A DNA stretch of 62,357 bases from Pseudomonas phage 20Sep420. Position numbers and translations under genes: made by a program. This document shows positions 8,796 to 17,699 of the stretch, piece after piece (position 1 is the first letter of the stretch; each line of letters starts with the position of its first letter). Under the pieces are notes generated by a model. The model had not been told where the DNA came from, made no database searches, and saw nothing but the letters and a program-made list of their open reading frames with translations. The stretch lies in the sequence record OQ319938.1. One strand, written 5' to 3'.

Positions 8796-10409
8796 TTACA
8801 TTCCGCTAGTCGTGCCGCCACGGGCACCCGTCTTGGTTGAAAGGACCATATACCGAACTTCGTCGGCCAAATGGTCTTCGGCGTCAGTGTCAACGTCATC
8901 GAGATTCTTTTCGTCTCTCGGCAACGCCCCCATCTGTTCCTTGTAGTATTTGCAGCTGTTGAATGCGAAGATACCCGGCTCCGTTCGAGGAATCGGTACT
9001 TCGATATCGGTACCCGGCAACTTACCCCACTTCACCTTGCTATTTTCCATTCGTGTTCGAATGGCAAGCCAGCCTTGTACGCGAGAACCTGGGGACTTAT
9101 CACTTCGGCGCCATTCAACGCCGTTGTAGGTTCGACCTCCAACACGTACCGGCTTGGCAAGGTCTGCTGCAATCGAGTTACCATTGATCATGTCCCAAAT
9201 GCTGTTGTCAGCCGGGCCAGGAACAACTCGGTGTTGGATATTCATCGCAAGCTCGCGCTCGACAATTCCCTCTGCGATCTTGGTGGCGAGAATTTGCAAT
9301 CCGGTGTTGGTCTTGCCATTCGTGCCGTACCACTCACCGATCCGGAACAGATCACCCTTGACCGTCGAGCGTAGCTTACCATCCGGAAGCAGAACGTCAC
9401 AGCCGTCGCTGATGGCCCACCAGCCGACGCTGAATGGCCTGGATGAGCCGTAGTCGAACGAGCGCGTGATGCGCCAGTGAGGCGGAATGGAGAAGGGTGG
9501 GATGATGTGAACCTTTTCGTCCCACACGCCATCGAACATACCGCCAGAAACAATGTCCCAAGAACCAAACAGCCACGCAGCGCGCAGGTTCGGGTCGGTG
9601 ATCGTTTCCAGTTCCGCCACGTATTCCGGCGTAAGGTACTTGTTCTCGCGGTAACTGCTGAACAGGTAGACCTGTAGCTTCGTTACCTCTTCCTCGCGCT
9701 GTGTCTGCGGGTTGAACACTTCAACCGTACGACGAAGCAGCTGTCCAGGCTTAACAGGATCGATGAAGCGCTTCTTCACTGCGCTGTGGCCGACACCATG
9801 TGGGTTCGTCGTAGCCACAACTTCGAGGGGAATCTTGGGCAGCAGTTCTTCGCGGGCATGCCGGTGATTGGCCTCCACGTAGACCTTGCGGCCCTCTGTG
9901 TCCATGATGCGCCCGTTGATGTAAACCGGGTAATCTTCTGGACGGAATGAGCATCGATTACAGCTCATCATCTTGTCGAACAAATCGAGGTTCGGCCATC
10001 GGGTAAGTTCGTTGTAACCGATGAACGGGAACTCCTGACCGTGGTATTCCCAATATGCTTCTTCGGTCTTACCAACACGGAACAGCAGTTCTTCGCCAGT
10101 GGGCCACACCCACTTATAGTCGGCCTTACCCGACATGAACTTAGCGCCGTCATTGAACTTGGGGAACAGTCGCAAGCTCTTGCTCACGATATCGTCCAGG
10201 TTCTTGTAGGCACGGTCCATGATCACGCCACGCCAGAAACGACCATATCCCTGGCCGACTCGCGCCCGGAAGCGCATCAGCTGGGATTCGGTCTTTCCAC
10301 CACCTCGCGACCCACCCAGCAGCATGATATGTGCCGGGCAGGACATGAAGAGGGTCTGTGAGCCTGGAAGTGGTTTCCAGACTACCTTTACATCAGGTTC
10401 GTGACGCAT
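8796..10409 (-). CDS. terL: terminase large subunit, 537 aa
   Basis: Walker A motif GGSRGGGKTE and an N-terminal ATPase region. C-terminal RNaseH-like nuclease region (DYGSSRPFSVGWWAI). Confidence 0.85.
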   Translation of the reverse strand: MRHEPDVKVVWKPLPGSQTLFMSCPAHIMLLGGSRGGGKTESQLMRFRARVGQGYGRFWRGVIMDRAYKNLDDIVSKSLRLFPKFNDGAKFMSGKADYKWVWPTGEELLFRVGKTEEAYWEYHGQEFPFIGYNELTRWPNLDLFDKMMSCNRCSFRPEDYPVYINGRIMDTEGRKVYVEANHRHAREELLPKIPLEVVATTNPHGVGHSAVKKRFIDPVKPGQLLRRTVEVFNPQTQREEEVTKLQVYLFSSYRENKYLTPEYVAELETITDPNLRAAWLFGSWDIVSGGMFDGVWDEKVHIIPPFSIPPHWRITRSFDYGSSRPFSVGWWAISDGCDVLLPDGKLRSTVKGDLFRIGEWYGTNGKTNTGLQILATKIAEGIVERELAMNIQHRVVPGPADNSIWDMINGNSIAADLAKPVRVGGRTYNGVEWRRSDKSPGSRVQGWLAIRTRMENSKVKWGKLPGTDIEVPIPRTEPGIFAFNSCKYYKEQMGALPRDEKNLDDVDTDAEDHLADEVRYMVLSTKTGARGGTTSGM

Positions 10410-10908
10410 TGTCGGTGTGCAACTCTTTTTGGTTGCTCATCGCAGACGATTCCCATGCGTCCACGTCGGTTGCAGTAGCCGGGGCAAACATCACGCCGCC
10501 CTTATGCGTATGCTCGACAGTGTTCTTTTCCATGCCTGCGATCTTGCCCAGGGCAACGAGCGCGGCAACACGGGCCGACTGAGACGAGCCTTCGCCGTAG
10601 TTGTTTGCTTCGCGCATGAGGCCAGCCTTCACGCGGCGACGCATAATCTCGGCTTCGTCTTCTTCGTCCTTCTCGGCTTCTTCAACGTCACGAATACGGT
10701 TCGCGACATACGGGTATGTCATGAACTGCTTCGCGAACGCCAGGGCATGATCACCCCCATAACCCAGGCGTCGGCACGCTTCAACTGCATCGTAGTCGCG
10801 CAGATATTGCTCGACAAAACGGTCCAGCATAATGCGTTGCGATTCATTCGGAGCAGGAACCATGCCCTGATCGAAGAAAACACCCTGGTAAGAATCACTC
10901 TTATCCAT
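10393..10908 (-). CDS. terS: terminase small subunit, 171 aa
   Basis: Overlaps the terL start by 17 nt. N-terminal region has HTH-like character (DAVEACRRLGY). Confidence 0.5.
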   Translation of the reverse strand: MDKSDSYQGVFFDQGMVPAPNESQRIMLDRFVEQYLRDYDAVEACRRLGYGGDHALAFAKQFMTYPYVANRIRDVEEAEKDEEDEAEIMRRRVKAGLMREANNYGEGSSQSARVAALVALGKIAGMEKNTVEHTHKGGVMFAPATATDVDAWESSAMSNQKELHTDNASRT

Positions 10909-10962
10909 TTCTAGGTTACGTCCGGAAGGAAACTGCCGGTAAGTTAAACGGCAGCTGACTGA

Positions 10963-11529
10963 TTAGTCAACTGCAATCGTGCCGTACCGTTCCTCCAACT
11001 GCTTCCATGCCGACTGGAAGAATGCCAGCCTTTCCTTGTCCTGCAAGCACGACGAGTAGTTCTCGGCGATGGTCAGGGCAGCGGTTTCAACGGGGACGGG
11101 GGCTGCATCATGTCCGCTGGCATTGTCGGCAATGGCGCGACCTTGCGCGGCGGCGTCGTGGAGCAGGCGGAAACCCCCAGGCAGAGCAGGAGTGTCAGCA
11201 GGGATGTAAATCGGAACTTGCTTTTCGATGACATGGGCTTCACCCTTGATGTACTGGATACGGTCACGATACTTCACGACCTCAACTTCAACAATCTTCT
11301 GCGCCTGTTCCGGCACGTCCTTGGCTGCGTTCTCCATAGCCACAATGGTGGCTTGGCGGGCGGCGGCGAGGTCCTGGGCTTCCTGGCGGCGGGCGTCCGA
11401 CACCCACAGGGCAACGGACAGAGCCAGGATCACCCACACGTACAACGGCAGGCCAATGAGCCAGCTGCCGAAGCGCTTCAGGTACAGCAACGCGAAAGCG
11501 CCCATTACAGGCGCTCCCGCTTGACCCAC
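10963..11529 (-). CDS. i-spanin (Rz-like), 188 aa
   Basis: N-terminal transmembrane segment followed by a periplasmic coiled coil. A lipoprotein ORF is embedded in the +1 frame. Confidence 0.6.
   Translation of the reverse strand: MGQAGAPVMGAFALLYLKRFGSWLIGLPLYVWVILALSVALWVSDARRQEAQDLAAARQATIVAMENAAKDVPEQAQKIVEVEVVKYRDRIQYIKGEAHVIEKQVPIYIPADTPALPGGFRLLHDAAAQGRAIADNASGHDAAPVPVETAALTIAENYSSCLQDKERLAFFQSAWKQLEERYGTIAVD
11073..11234 (-). CDS. o-spanin (Rz1-like) lipoprotein embedded in Rz
   Basis: Signal peptide with lipobox LLLCLGVSAC. Proline-rich mature part. Wholly embedded within the Rz frame. Confidence 0.55.
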   Translation of the reverse strand: MSSKSKFRFTSLLTLLLCLGVSACSTTPPRKVAPLPTMPADMMQPPSPLKPLP

Positions 11530-11813
11530 TTACGCCATGGCGCATAGTGGCCGATCATGAAAAACACACCAGCAATCCCATACAGCAGTGTGACGCCGGA
11601 CCATTTGATATCATGGGTACCCGACAGCAGAGAAAGCGTCAGGAAGGTAGACCCAATTCCCATGAGCATGAAACACGCCCCGAGAATGATATCGAAGGTC
11701 TTGCCGTACCCCCGTAGGCTTTGCGTGATCGGTCGTACGTCAGCAAGACCGAAAAGGGCAGTGATGAGGATCACCGCCAGCGAGGGGAGGGATGCGAGGG
11801 AGAGAATTGTCAT
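11505..11813 (-). CDS. holin-like membrane protein, 103 aa, three predicted TM segments
   Basis: ATGA overlap with the upstream membrane protein and AAGGAG RBS. Three hydrophobic helices. Lies between the endolysin and the spanins. Confidence 0.5.
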   Translation of the reverse strand: MTILSLASLPSLAVILITALFGLADVRPITQSLRGYGKTFDIILGACFMLMGIGSTFLTLSLLSGTHDIKWSGVTLLYGIAGVFFMIGHYAPWRKWVKRERL

Positions 11814-12181
11814 TGCGCGTTCTCCTTTCGGTTCGTAAACCGTTGCGCCAGTACCGAGAACATGGCAGGACCCCATGTCTGCGAGGAAAAGCCCAGTAAC
11901 ATCGCCATAGCAGCCTGGACGTTGGTATTGGGCCACTTATACCCGAAGAAATCGGGGATAATCACGATAAAGCCAACTGTGGTCATGGCTGACACAACAA
12001 AGGCTTTCAACAGTCGAATACGGGACTGGTAGTTCTTGTTCCACACACCGATGAAGCAACCGGCGAACGCAAACACGATGACGTGGACCGGCTGGCCCAG
12101 GAAGAAATCGTTGAACGACGGACTTATCGCCATGATCGCTGTAGCCAAGGTGATAAACTTGGCTTCAAACATGCTGTTCAT
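11810..12181 (-). CDS. membrane protein with 3-4 TM segments (holin or antiholin candidate), 123 aa
   Basis: Hydrophobic helices. Lies directly downstream of the endolysin gene. Confidence 0.45.
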   Translation of the reverse strand: MNSMFEAKFITLATAIMAISPSFNDFFLGQPVHVIVFAFAGCFIGVWNKNYQSRIRLLKAFVVSAMTTVGFIVIIPDFFGYKWPNTNVQAAMAMLLGFSSQTWGPAMFSVLAQRFTNRKENAQ

Positions 12182-12672
12182 TGTTCAAGCCCCGGCAGAT
12201 ATTTGGTCTTGCCTCCGATCTTGCGAGCATGAAGAACCTGACGACGATTGCGAGGGCCGAACGATACATGCGTCCAGCTGCCGAACTCCTCGATCAGCTG
12301 ATCGAATGGGAGACCCAGGCGGATGATTGCCTCGCACACTTCCTGCGAGGTCATGCCTTTGACGCGAATGTCGGCTGCTTGGCCCAGGCGATGCTGCGAG
12401 GTCTTGGAGCCACCAACGGCTTCATTGACCTTCTCGGAGCGGAATGCGCTGTTGATGATGATCGGCAGACCAATACTGTCCCGCAGGGGTTGCAGGATGT
12501 GGATTGCCAGTTGACGCAGATTCGCCAGTTCCGTGGCATTCGGGACGTTAGGTTCGTTCCGATTCGTTACCGTCAATTCCTTGACGCTGAAGTTGGCTGT
12601 AATTTGCTCGGACACAAAAAGACCCCGGCTGATGAATGCACACACGGTAAGCGTACGTTCAGCCGGGGTCAA
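12178..12672 (-). CDS. endolysin, peptidase M15 family (L-Ala-D-Glu peptidase)
   Basis: Zinc-binding motifs SQHRLGQAADI and WTHVS. The annotated ATG at 12672 sits inside a hairpin, so the true start may be the GTG at 12612. Confidence 0.65.
   Translation of the reverse strand: MTPAERTLTVCAFISRGLFVSEQITANFSVKELTVTNRNEPNVPNATELANLRQLAIHILQPLRDSIGLPIIINSAFRSEKVNEAVGGSKTSQHRLGQAADIRVKGMTSQEVCEAIIRLGLPFDQLIEEFGSWTHVSFGPRNRRQVLHARKIGGKTKYLPGLEQ
12616..12670 (-). terminator. hairpin plus T-run between the resolvase and endolysin genes (terminator or attenuator candidate)
   Basis: Perfect 12-bp inverted repeat GACCCCGGCTGA/TCAGCCGGGGTC followed by TTTTT on the minus strand. Confidence 0.4.
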
Positions 12673-12684
12673 GCGTGAAATCAG

Positions 12685-13149
12685 TCAACCCGCTTCGGGG
12701 CGCCACTTGTCAGTGCGAATGTAGAATCGCACAGTCGCCTCGAAGTGCTTCATGAAGTCTTCCTGGCTAATCTCGGCTCGCGCCTGGACGTAGCCATCGG
12801 AACCCCACACCGGCACGAACGTATACATCACGACATGCCAGTTGCGTTTGCCGTTCTGACGGTATATGACCACAGGATTACCGCCGAACTCCTTCGCAGC
12901 GACGCAGGACTGGTTCCACCACGTATTGATGGATAGGGTTTCCTGCCGCTTCACTTCGATGGCGTAACCGAAGGGATTGGTCAAGTCGCTACCACCAACA
13001 GCCGACTGGTTCTGATTGCGCTGGATGAGCGGTTTCACCGGGACCGGCACGCCTTCTTCGCGGCATACCCGTTCGACAATCTCGTTCATCCACGTGGCGA
13101 CTTCGCGTTCGCCATTTGCGCCCTTCTGGCGGATGTTGATTCGCTTCAC
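12685..13149 (-). CDS. Holliday junction resolvase-like PD-(D/E)xK nuclease (Hjc/RecU-like), 154 aa
   Basis: N-terminal KGANGEREVATW followed by D...EVK, which fits the Hjc-type GxxxERE...D...ExK pattern. Confidence 0.4.
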   Translation of the reverse strand: MKRINIRQKGANGEREVATWMNEIVERVCREEGVPVPVKPLIQRNQNQSAVGGSDLTNPFGYAIEVKRQETLSINTWWNQSCVAAKEFGGNPVVIYRQNGKRNWHVVMYTFVPVWGSDGYVQARAEISQEDFMKHFEATVRFYIRTDKWRPEAG

Positions 13150-13628
13150 TAGGCACCCCGATCCTTCAGCACCTTGACGATGTAGTCCAGGTCATCCTGG
13201 AACCATGCGCCCGCAACTGCGGTCATCGCCCCCTTATGAAGGACAACATCGAAGCTGGCCGAGGTAAGTCCGTTTTCGAAAGTAGCGCAGTTTGCACTTA
13301 CGCTCCCATTTCCGTGTCGGCGCTCCATAACCTTGTAGTCACGCCCGCTTGGGCATACCACAGTGAAGATATCGAGCAATGCCACAGGGGCATAAGGGGT
13401 CTTGCTCCCATCTTCCTTGCGCATAGCCTGGGCGCGCAACAGGCTGTCAATCGCCTCCTGCAAGTCCTTGTCGGCATCCTTACCGGCACCACGACCGCCC
13501 ATGACAAGCAGCTTCTTCACAGCATGCTGCACGCAGGGATCAGTGACCTTGAACAGGTCAAGGACGCGGTACACGTCGATGGAATCGAGGTGCCGCACAT
13601 CCTTGTGGTAGTGGGAGTGGGCGCTCAT
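13149..13628 (-). CDS. hypothetical protein, 159 aa
   Basis: ATGA-coupled to its neighbours. No recognisable motif. Confidence 0.5.
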   Translation of the reverse strand: MSAHSHYHKDVRHLDSIDVYRVLDLFKVTDPCVQHAVKKLLVMGGRGAGKDADKDLQEAIDSLLRAQAMRKEDGSKTPYAPVALLDIFTVVCPSGRDYKVMERRHGNGSVSANCATFENGLTSASFDVVLHKGAMTAVAGAWFQDDLDYIVKVLKDRGA

Positions 13629-14191
13629 GCGCCCTCCTCCACCGGCTCACCCGGTTCTTCGGTCGGAACGTCGCTGTTCCAGTCCATGTAGAAGTCATGT
13701 CGGAAATACTGGCCGGTGCTGACGATGTAGGCTTCGTAGCCGTCGCCGCACTTGGCATTCAGCATGGAAGCGACCTTCACGGCGGTGACAGCGTTGGCCT
13801 TCATCGCCATGGCACCCAGGGCATACTGCGCACCTGAGCCGAAGGCATGCTTGTTCTGCTGGTCCAGCTGGTACACGTCCGGATAGGCGCTGCCTTCGTA
13901 GCATTCCATCACGTGCATGCCGTTGTCGTCGGTCGTCATGACCACAGCGAGGAAGTCATCCTGGGCGGTAGTCGGGAACGCCTTGCGACCGCTCGGGATC
14001 AGTTCCAGGTTGTCCTTCATCCAGTCGATCACTTCGCTGACGAAGCGGCTCGAACCACACGTCGCGACGAAGTAGTTCTTCTCTCCGATGACCAACTTGG
14101 TCAGCTTGCTCTCCTTCACGATGTTGCCGTTGCTGTTGGTGGCTCGCATGTCAGCTGCGATCATGTGGCCGTCGTATACGATAACGCTCAT
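13625..14191 (-). CDS. HslV/proteasome beta-subunit-like Ntn hydrolase, 188 aa
   Basis: N-terminal MSVIVYDGHMIAADMRAT aligns with HslV [21 protein letters not shown]. Internal AFGSGAQYALGA aligns with the HslV IGSGGPYAQAA GSG motif. Ser2 would be the N-terminal nucleophile. Confidence 0.55.
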   Translation of the reverse strand: MSVIVYDGHMIAADMRATNSNGNIVKESKLTKLVIGEKNYFVATCGSSRFVSEVIDWMKDNLELIPSGRKAFPTTAQDDFLAVVMTTDDNGMHVMECYEGSAYPDVYQLDQQNKHAFGSGAQYALGAMAMKANAVTAVKVASMLNAKCGDGYEAYIVSTGQYFRHDFYMDWNSDVPTEEPGEPVEEGA

Positions 14192-14277
14192 GTGTCACTC
14201 CTTGGTTGGGATCGTCAGTATGCCATAGTAGGCAAAGAAAAACCCAGCCGAAGCCGGGTTCTTCAGGTGACGTTTAA

Positions 14278-14622
14278 TTAACGCCGAATTCGGAAAACGT
14301 CATCGTAGCCCTTCAGCTTCAGCACATCGATTTCGTCCAGATGGTCCAGGGCACGATTGCTGTACGGAAGAAGGGCTTCACCGGCAAGGCTCAGGAGGAC
14401 GTACAGCAGGAACAGGGTGTTGTAGACCGGCACGAAGACGTGGACCAGCACCGTCACCAGCAGGCCCAGGCTCAGGCGGCGTTCTTCCTTGATGTTGCCG
14501 TAGGCGATGAAGCCCATACACACGGCCATGATGGCGGCAGTCAGCAGGTAGACGCCGATGAAAGCGTAGCCTATTTCGGGGCTGATGAATGCAGCGAAGA
14601 TGCTGCGGAACAGGTCAAACAT
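14278..14622 (-). CDS. membrane protein, 114 aa
   Basis: Two or three hydrophobic helices. Confidence 0.5.
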   Translation of the reverse strand: MFDLFRSIFAAFISPEIGYAFIGVYLLTAAIMAVCMGFIAYGNIKEERRLSLGLLVTVLVHVFVPVYNTLFLLYVLLSLAGEALLPYSNRALDHLDEIDVLKLKGYDDVFRIRR

Positions 14623-14660
14623 GGTGTTTCTCCGGGTTGTGGTTGGTGGATGCTACAGGG

Positions 14661-14894
14661 TCAGGCGGTGCGGGTCCAGCGGTCTCCGCGCCGGTCGCAG
14701 TATACGTCGCCAACCAACAGGTTTTTGATCGCCTGATGGTCGAACCGGCTCGAATGAGCATGGATGGAAATCTCGTCTTCCGTCACCCGGAAAGGCGGTC
14801 GGTAGTAGTATCGCCCAATTGGTTTCATGCTGTTCGGATTGCTGACCGAACCTTCCCACTTCTGTGCGCGTACTTCGAGATAGAACGTCTTCAT
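14661..14894 (-). CDS. hypothetical protein, 78 aa
   Basis: Internal ATG preceded by an AGAGGT RBS, one nt after the upstream TGA. Confidence 0.45.
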   Translation of the reverse strand: MKTFYLEVRAQKWEGSVSNPNSMKPIGRYYYRPPFRVTEDEISIHAHSSRFDHQAIKNLLVGDVYCDRRGDRWTRTA

Positions 14895-14895
14895 A

Positions 14896-15186
14896 TCAGT
14901 ACCTCTTACGTGGACCCATTTGGGCGATGAGTTTAGCCATTTCTTCGCGTTCGCGTTGATGGCGGTTGAGACTGCAAATTTGTTTGCCCTTGTTTGGTGG
15001 GGCAAGTATCGAATCGATGGTCGTACATCCAGCCTTCAGTCTCGACAGGATCGTGGAGCGGTGTATCGTCACCCCACGGTCCTTCGCCATAGCCACAAAG
15101 GAGTTGACGGAGTAGTGACGGCCTTCGATCAGGTATCGGCCAGCCGTCTCATGCTTGTGTACGTCGATCTTTCGGAAGTTGGTCAT
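14896..15186 (-). CDS. hypothetical basic protein, 96 aa
   Basis: Compact ORF with overlapping start and stop codons. Confidence 0.45.
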   Translation of the reverse strand: MTNFRKIDVHKHETAGRYLIEGRHYSVNSFVAMAKDRGVTIHRSTILSRLKAGCTTIDSILAPPNKGKQICSLNRHQREREEMAKLIAQMGPRKRY

Positions 15187-15581
15187 TGTGCTGCGGTTTC
15201 GTAGATAACGCCACTGATACTACCGTCGTCATTCTTAATGTAGTATGACTGTTTCAGCTGTTCGGCAACATGCGGAGCGTGCTTGGCGACGATCCCCATT
15301 TCCATCATCTTCTGCCTCTCCGCCTCTTCCATCGCGATCAATTCGCGGGCTTCGTCAGGAGTCAGGCAGGTGCAGTGACTGCACGATTGTGCAACGATCA
15401 GCATGTCGTTACAGTCAGGGCAGAAGTGCCAACCCTGCTGTACTTCGTACGCAGCCAGGGTATCGATGCCATTCATCAGCTGTTCGTACCGTGCGATGTG
15501 CATGCGTGGCTTGGCCCCAGGCTCGCAATGCTGGTAGCCGCCGCACGGTACTGTGGTAATGGGAGGGGGCGGGGTGAACAT
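15183..15581 (-). CDS. Cys-rich zinc-finger protein, 133 aa
   Basis: The tool start at 15773 lies in an Arg-rich stretch that looks like shadow sequence. An ATG at 15581 has a GGAG RBS. Contains CPDCN...CSHCTC. Confidence 0.45.
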   Translation of the reverse strand: MFTPPPPITTVPCGGYQHCEPGAKPRMHIARYEQLMNGIDTLAAYEVQQGWHFCPDCNDMLIVAQSCSHCTCLTPDEARELIAMEEAERQKMMEMGIVAKHAPHVAEQLKQSYYIKNDDGSISGVIYETAAQ

Positions 15582-15634
15582 GAGGCAGGCTCCAATAGGA
15601 AAGCCCGCAGCATAGCGCCACGGGCTTCGGTAGG

Positions 15635-15820
15635 CTAGTCGGTAGGCCGGTGGGCCGCGTCGTAGATGACGGTGCAGAGCCAGATGACCACCAGGGCGAC
15701 CCCGCAGATCACGTAGCAGACGACGTAGCAGACGACGGCCACGACGGTGAACACCACCCACCACAGGAGCCACGCCGCCCCGCAGAGCGCCTTACAGAAC
15801 GAACGCCAGAGCCAGGTCAT
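15635..15820 (-). CDS. small hydrophobic membrane peptide, 61 aa
   Basis: Trp/Cys/Val-rich predicted TM hairpin. Its ATG is adjacent to the upstream stop. Confidence 0.35.
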   Translation of the reverse strand: MTWLWRSFCKALCGAAWLLWWVVFTVVAVVCYVVCYVICGVALVVIWLCTVIYDAAHRPTD

Positions 15821-16158
15821 CGGCGCACCCACTGCCCATCCGGGTCCGGTACCATGATTCCGTCCATGTCCAGGGAGAAGTAGGTCGGTTCTTCGGCGTC
15901 AGGAGCATCGATCAGCTGTTCCAGCAGCCAGTCGAAGGCACCATCCACGCTGCAACCGGCCTTAACCAAGTCCTTGGCCCGGTTGATCAGGTCTTCGGCA
16001 TCGGATACCGGTCCGACCTTGACCTTTGCATCCTTGTGGACGAGGCTCATCACACCGTCGGTTCGAGTGACCACATAGAAGCCAGCATGATCCACGGCTT
16101 CACTCAGGTAGCCATGCAGCTTGGCCCAATCGACAGTCAGGAGGTTTGCGGGTTTCAT
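15817..16158 (-). CDS. hypothetical protein, 113 aa
   Basis: ATGA overlap with the upstream gene. Confidence 0.45.
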   Translation of the reverse strand: MKPANLLTVDWAKLHGYLSEAVDHAGFYVVTRTDGVMSLVHKDAKVKVGPVSDAEDLINRAKDLVKAGCSVDGAFDWLLEQLIDAPDAEEPTYFSLDMDGIMVPDPDGQWVRR

Positions 16159-16355
16159 GGCTTCACCTGCACGTAGATGGAATTCAGAGTCTCGATACGC
16201 TTCAGCGTACCGTCTTCGTTGAAGTCCACCGACTTGACTCGGCTGGTGCGAAGACAGTCGCCAAGACCAATTCCGTCGCACTTGACGATGGCGAGAGGGG
16301 CCTTCAGTTCACGATGGATGAGGGCGGCGTCGGTGAATCGCTTGATGGGTTTCAT
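16155..16355 (-). CDS. hypothetical protein, 66 aa
   Basis: Compact ORF. Confidence 0.45.
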   Translation of the reverse strand: MKPIKRFTDAALIHRELKAPLAIVKCDGIGLGDCLRTSRVKSVDFNEDGTLKRIETLNSIYVQVKP

Positions 16356-16591
16356 GGCGTCAGTCTCACGTCGTCGTAGTTGGATGCAGCATTCAGGGCT
16401 TCTTCCAGGGTCATCAGCTGCTTCTCTACCAGCACAGCAGCCAGTTTGCCGAGCATGCGGCTGTTCTTCTGTGCCATGCCCAGGGCTTCTTCCATCTGGC
16501 CAGAGAACTCATAGGCCATGGGACTCGGCGTCAGCACGTCTTCCAGGTCACGTACGGCAGTGCGACCGTGATTCGTAACATACACCTTCAT
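16352..16591 (-). CDS. hypothetical protein, 79 aa
   Basis: Internal ATG with a GGAG RBS and ATGA overlap. Confidence 0.45.
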   Translation of the reverse strand: MKVYVTNHGRTAVRDLEDVLTPSPMAYEFSGQMEEALGMAQKNSRMLGKLAAVLVEKQLMTLEEALNAASNYDDVRLTP

Positions 16592-16863
16592 TATCGGTTC
16601 TCCAACACGTTCTCGGGCGTCGCGGTCTGCCCAGGTTGCATTTCGCTGGCCCACATGTCGTCATCGGACCCGCAGTTGACCCACATCCGGTGCTTATTGC
16701 ACAGCTGGGCCAGTTCATACAGGAAAGCACGCTCGCGAATCTCAGAACGGGCCTGTTCCAGGGGTGCGATCTGGTTCTTGATCATCAGCATTTCGTTTTG
16801 CAGCCGGTTAATCTCGGCCTCGACCGCTGCGAGAGGCATCTTGGGCGTGACGATGGTCGTCAT
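16591..16863 (-). CDS. coiled-coil protein, 90 aa
   Basis: Heptad-like sequence. Confidence 0.5.
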   Translation of the reverse strand: MTTIVTPKMPLAAVEAEINRLQNEMLMIKNQIAPLEQARSEIRERAFLYELAQLCNKHRMWVNCGSDDDMWASEMQPGQTATPENVLENR

Positions 16864-17036
16864 TGGATGTTCTCCGAGCAGAATGCCGAAATGATACAGA
16901 AAGCGATGGCCGAAATGATACTGACAATGATCAGCGGGACGTTTTCAACGCCGTTCTTCACCATTACGGACACAATGGCCCCGTAAAGGAACAGAGAGAC
17001 GCAAACGATGATGGTGATCGAGAGATTACGGTTCAT
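16860..17036 (-). CDS. small membrane protein, 58 aa, two TM segments
   Basis: Found by hand because it is shorter than 60 aa. ATGA overlap with the downstream gene. Confidence 0.35.
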   Translation of the reverse strand: MNRNLSITIIVCVSLFLYGAIVSVMVKNGVENVPLIIVSIISAIAFCIISAFCSENIQ

Positions 17037-17242
17037 TTTTCACCCCACAGCCAACGGAGGGCCAGCTTACCGGCCGAAATCTGCGTATAGCCGAAGAATC
17101 GGCTCTTATACGCCTGGAAAAAAGGATTGCGCTTGAATCGAATCGGGTAATGTACCAAATCGAAGTTCAGACGCCCAATTCGACCATCAATGATGGTCAG
17201 TCGTCCGTATTGATCCCGCCGAAAGAAGTTGTAAATACTCAT
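17033..17242 (-). CDS. hypothetical protein, 69 aa
   Basis: The internal ATG avoids overlap with the upstream gene. Confidence 0.4.
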   Translation of the reverse strand: MSIYNFFRRDQYGRLTIIDGRIGRLNFDLVHYPIRFKRNPFFQAYKSRFFGYTQISAGKLALRWLWGEK

Positions 17243-17244
17243 GT

Positions 17245-17478
17245 TTATGCCTTCGTGATGTAGTTTACGGTGATCCACGGGAAGGAAGTATAAGGACCGT
17301 TCCTGAATGCAGACGGAATGACCTTGATATGGGCCTTGATCCTGTAGAACGAGCCGAGCGGGCCAGTGTGGTCAAGGCTGACGGTCTGTCCGCCCACCAA
17401 AAGCAGGGAATCATCGGAAAGGCACAGCGTATCGCGGATGTGCCCGGCTACGGATTCCGGATCGAGGCTAATATTCAT
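17245..17478 (-). CDS. hypothetical protein, 77 aa
   Basis: ATGA overlap. Confidence 0.4.
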   Translation of the reverse strand: MNISLDPESVAGHIRDTLCLSDDSLLLVGGQTVSLDHTGPLGSFYRIKAHIKVIPSAFRNGPYTSFPWITVNYITKA

Positions 17479-17699
17479 GATTTGGTCCTCGGAATCGGGC
17501 CAACGAAGCCGTATACGTCGCCACGGAAGCGTTGATCGCTGCCCAGGTATGACCATCGGCCATCCATCCACATCAGAAACACGTCTTTCTGGAACGGGCG
17601 TCCCATCTGAAGGTCGTCAACGCGGCATGCGTACACGCCAATGTGATCAGGATGCGGCTCATACAGTACACCGGTCTCGTCAATGTACCAATTATTCAT
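17475..17699 (-). CDS. hypothetical protein, 74 aa
   Basis: ATGA overlap. Confidence 0.5.
   Translation of the reverse strand: MNNWYIDETGVLYEPHPDHIGVYACRVDDLQMGRPFQKDVFLMWMDGRWSYLGSDQRFRGDVYGFVGPIPRTKS

Noticed and set aside
10909-10962. The palindrome CTGCCGGTAAGTTAAACGGCAG between the Rz and terS genes, as a possible pac/cos site or terminator.
   Set aside because: It is only a 6-bp stem with a weak T-tract. That is insufficient to call without comparative or terminus data.
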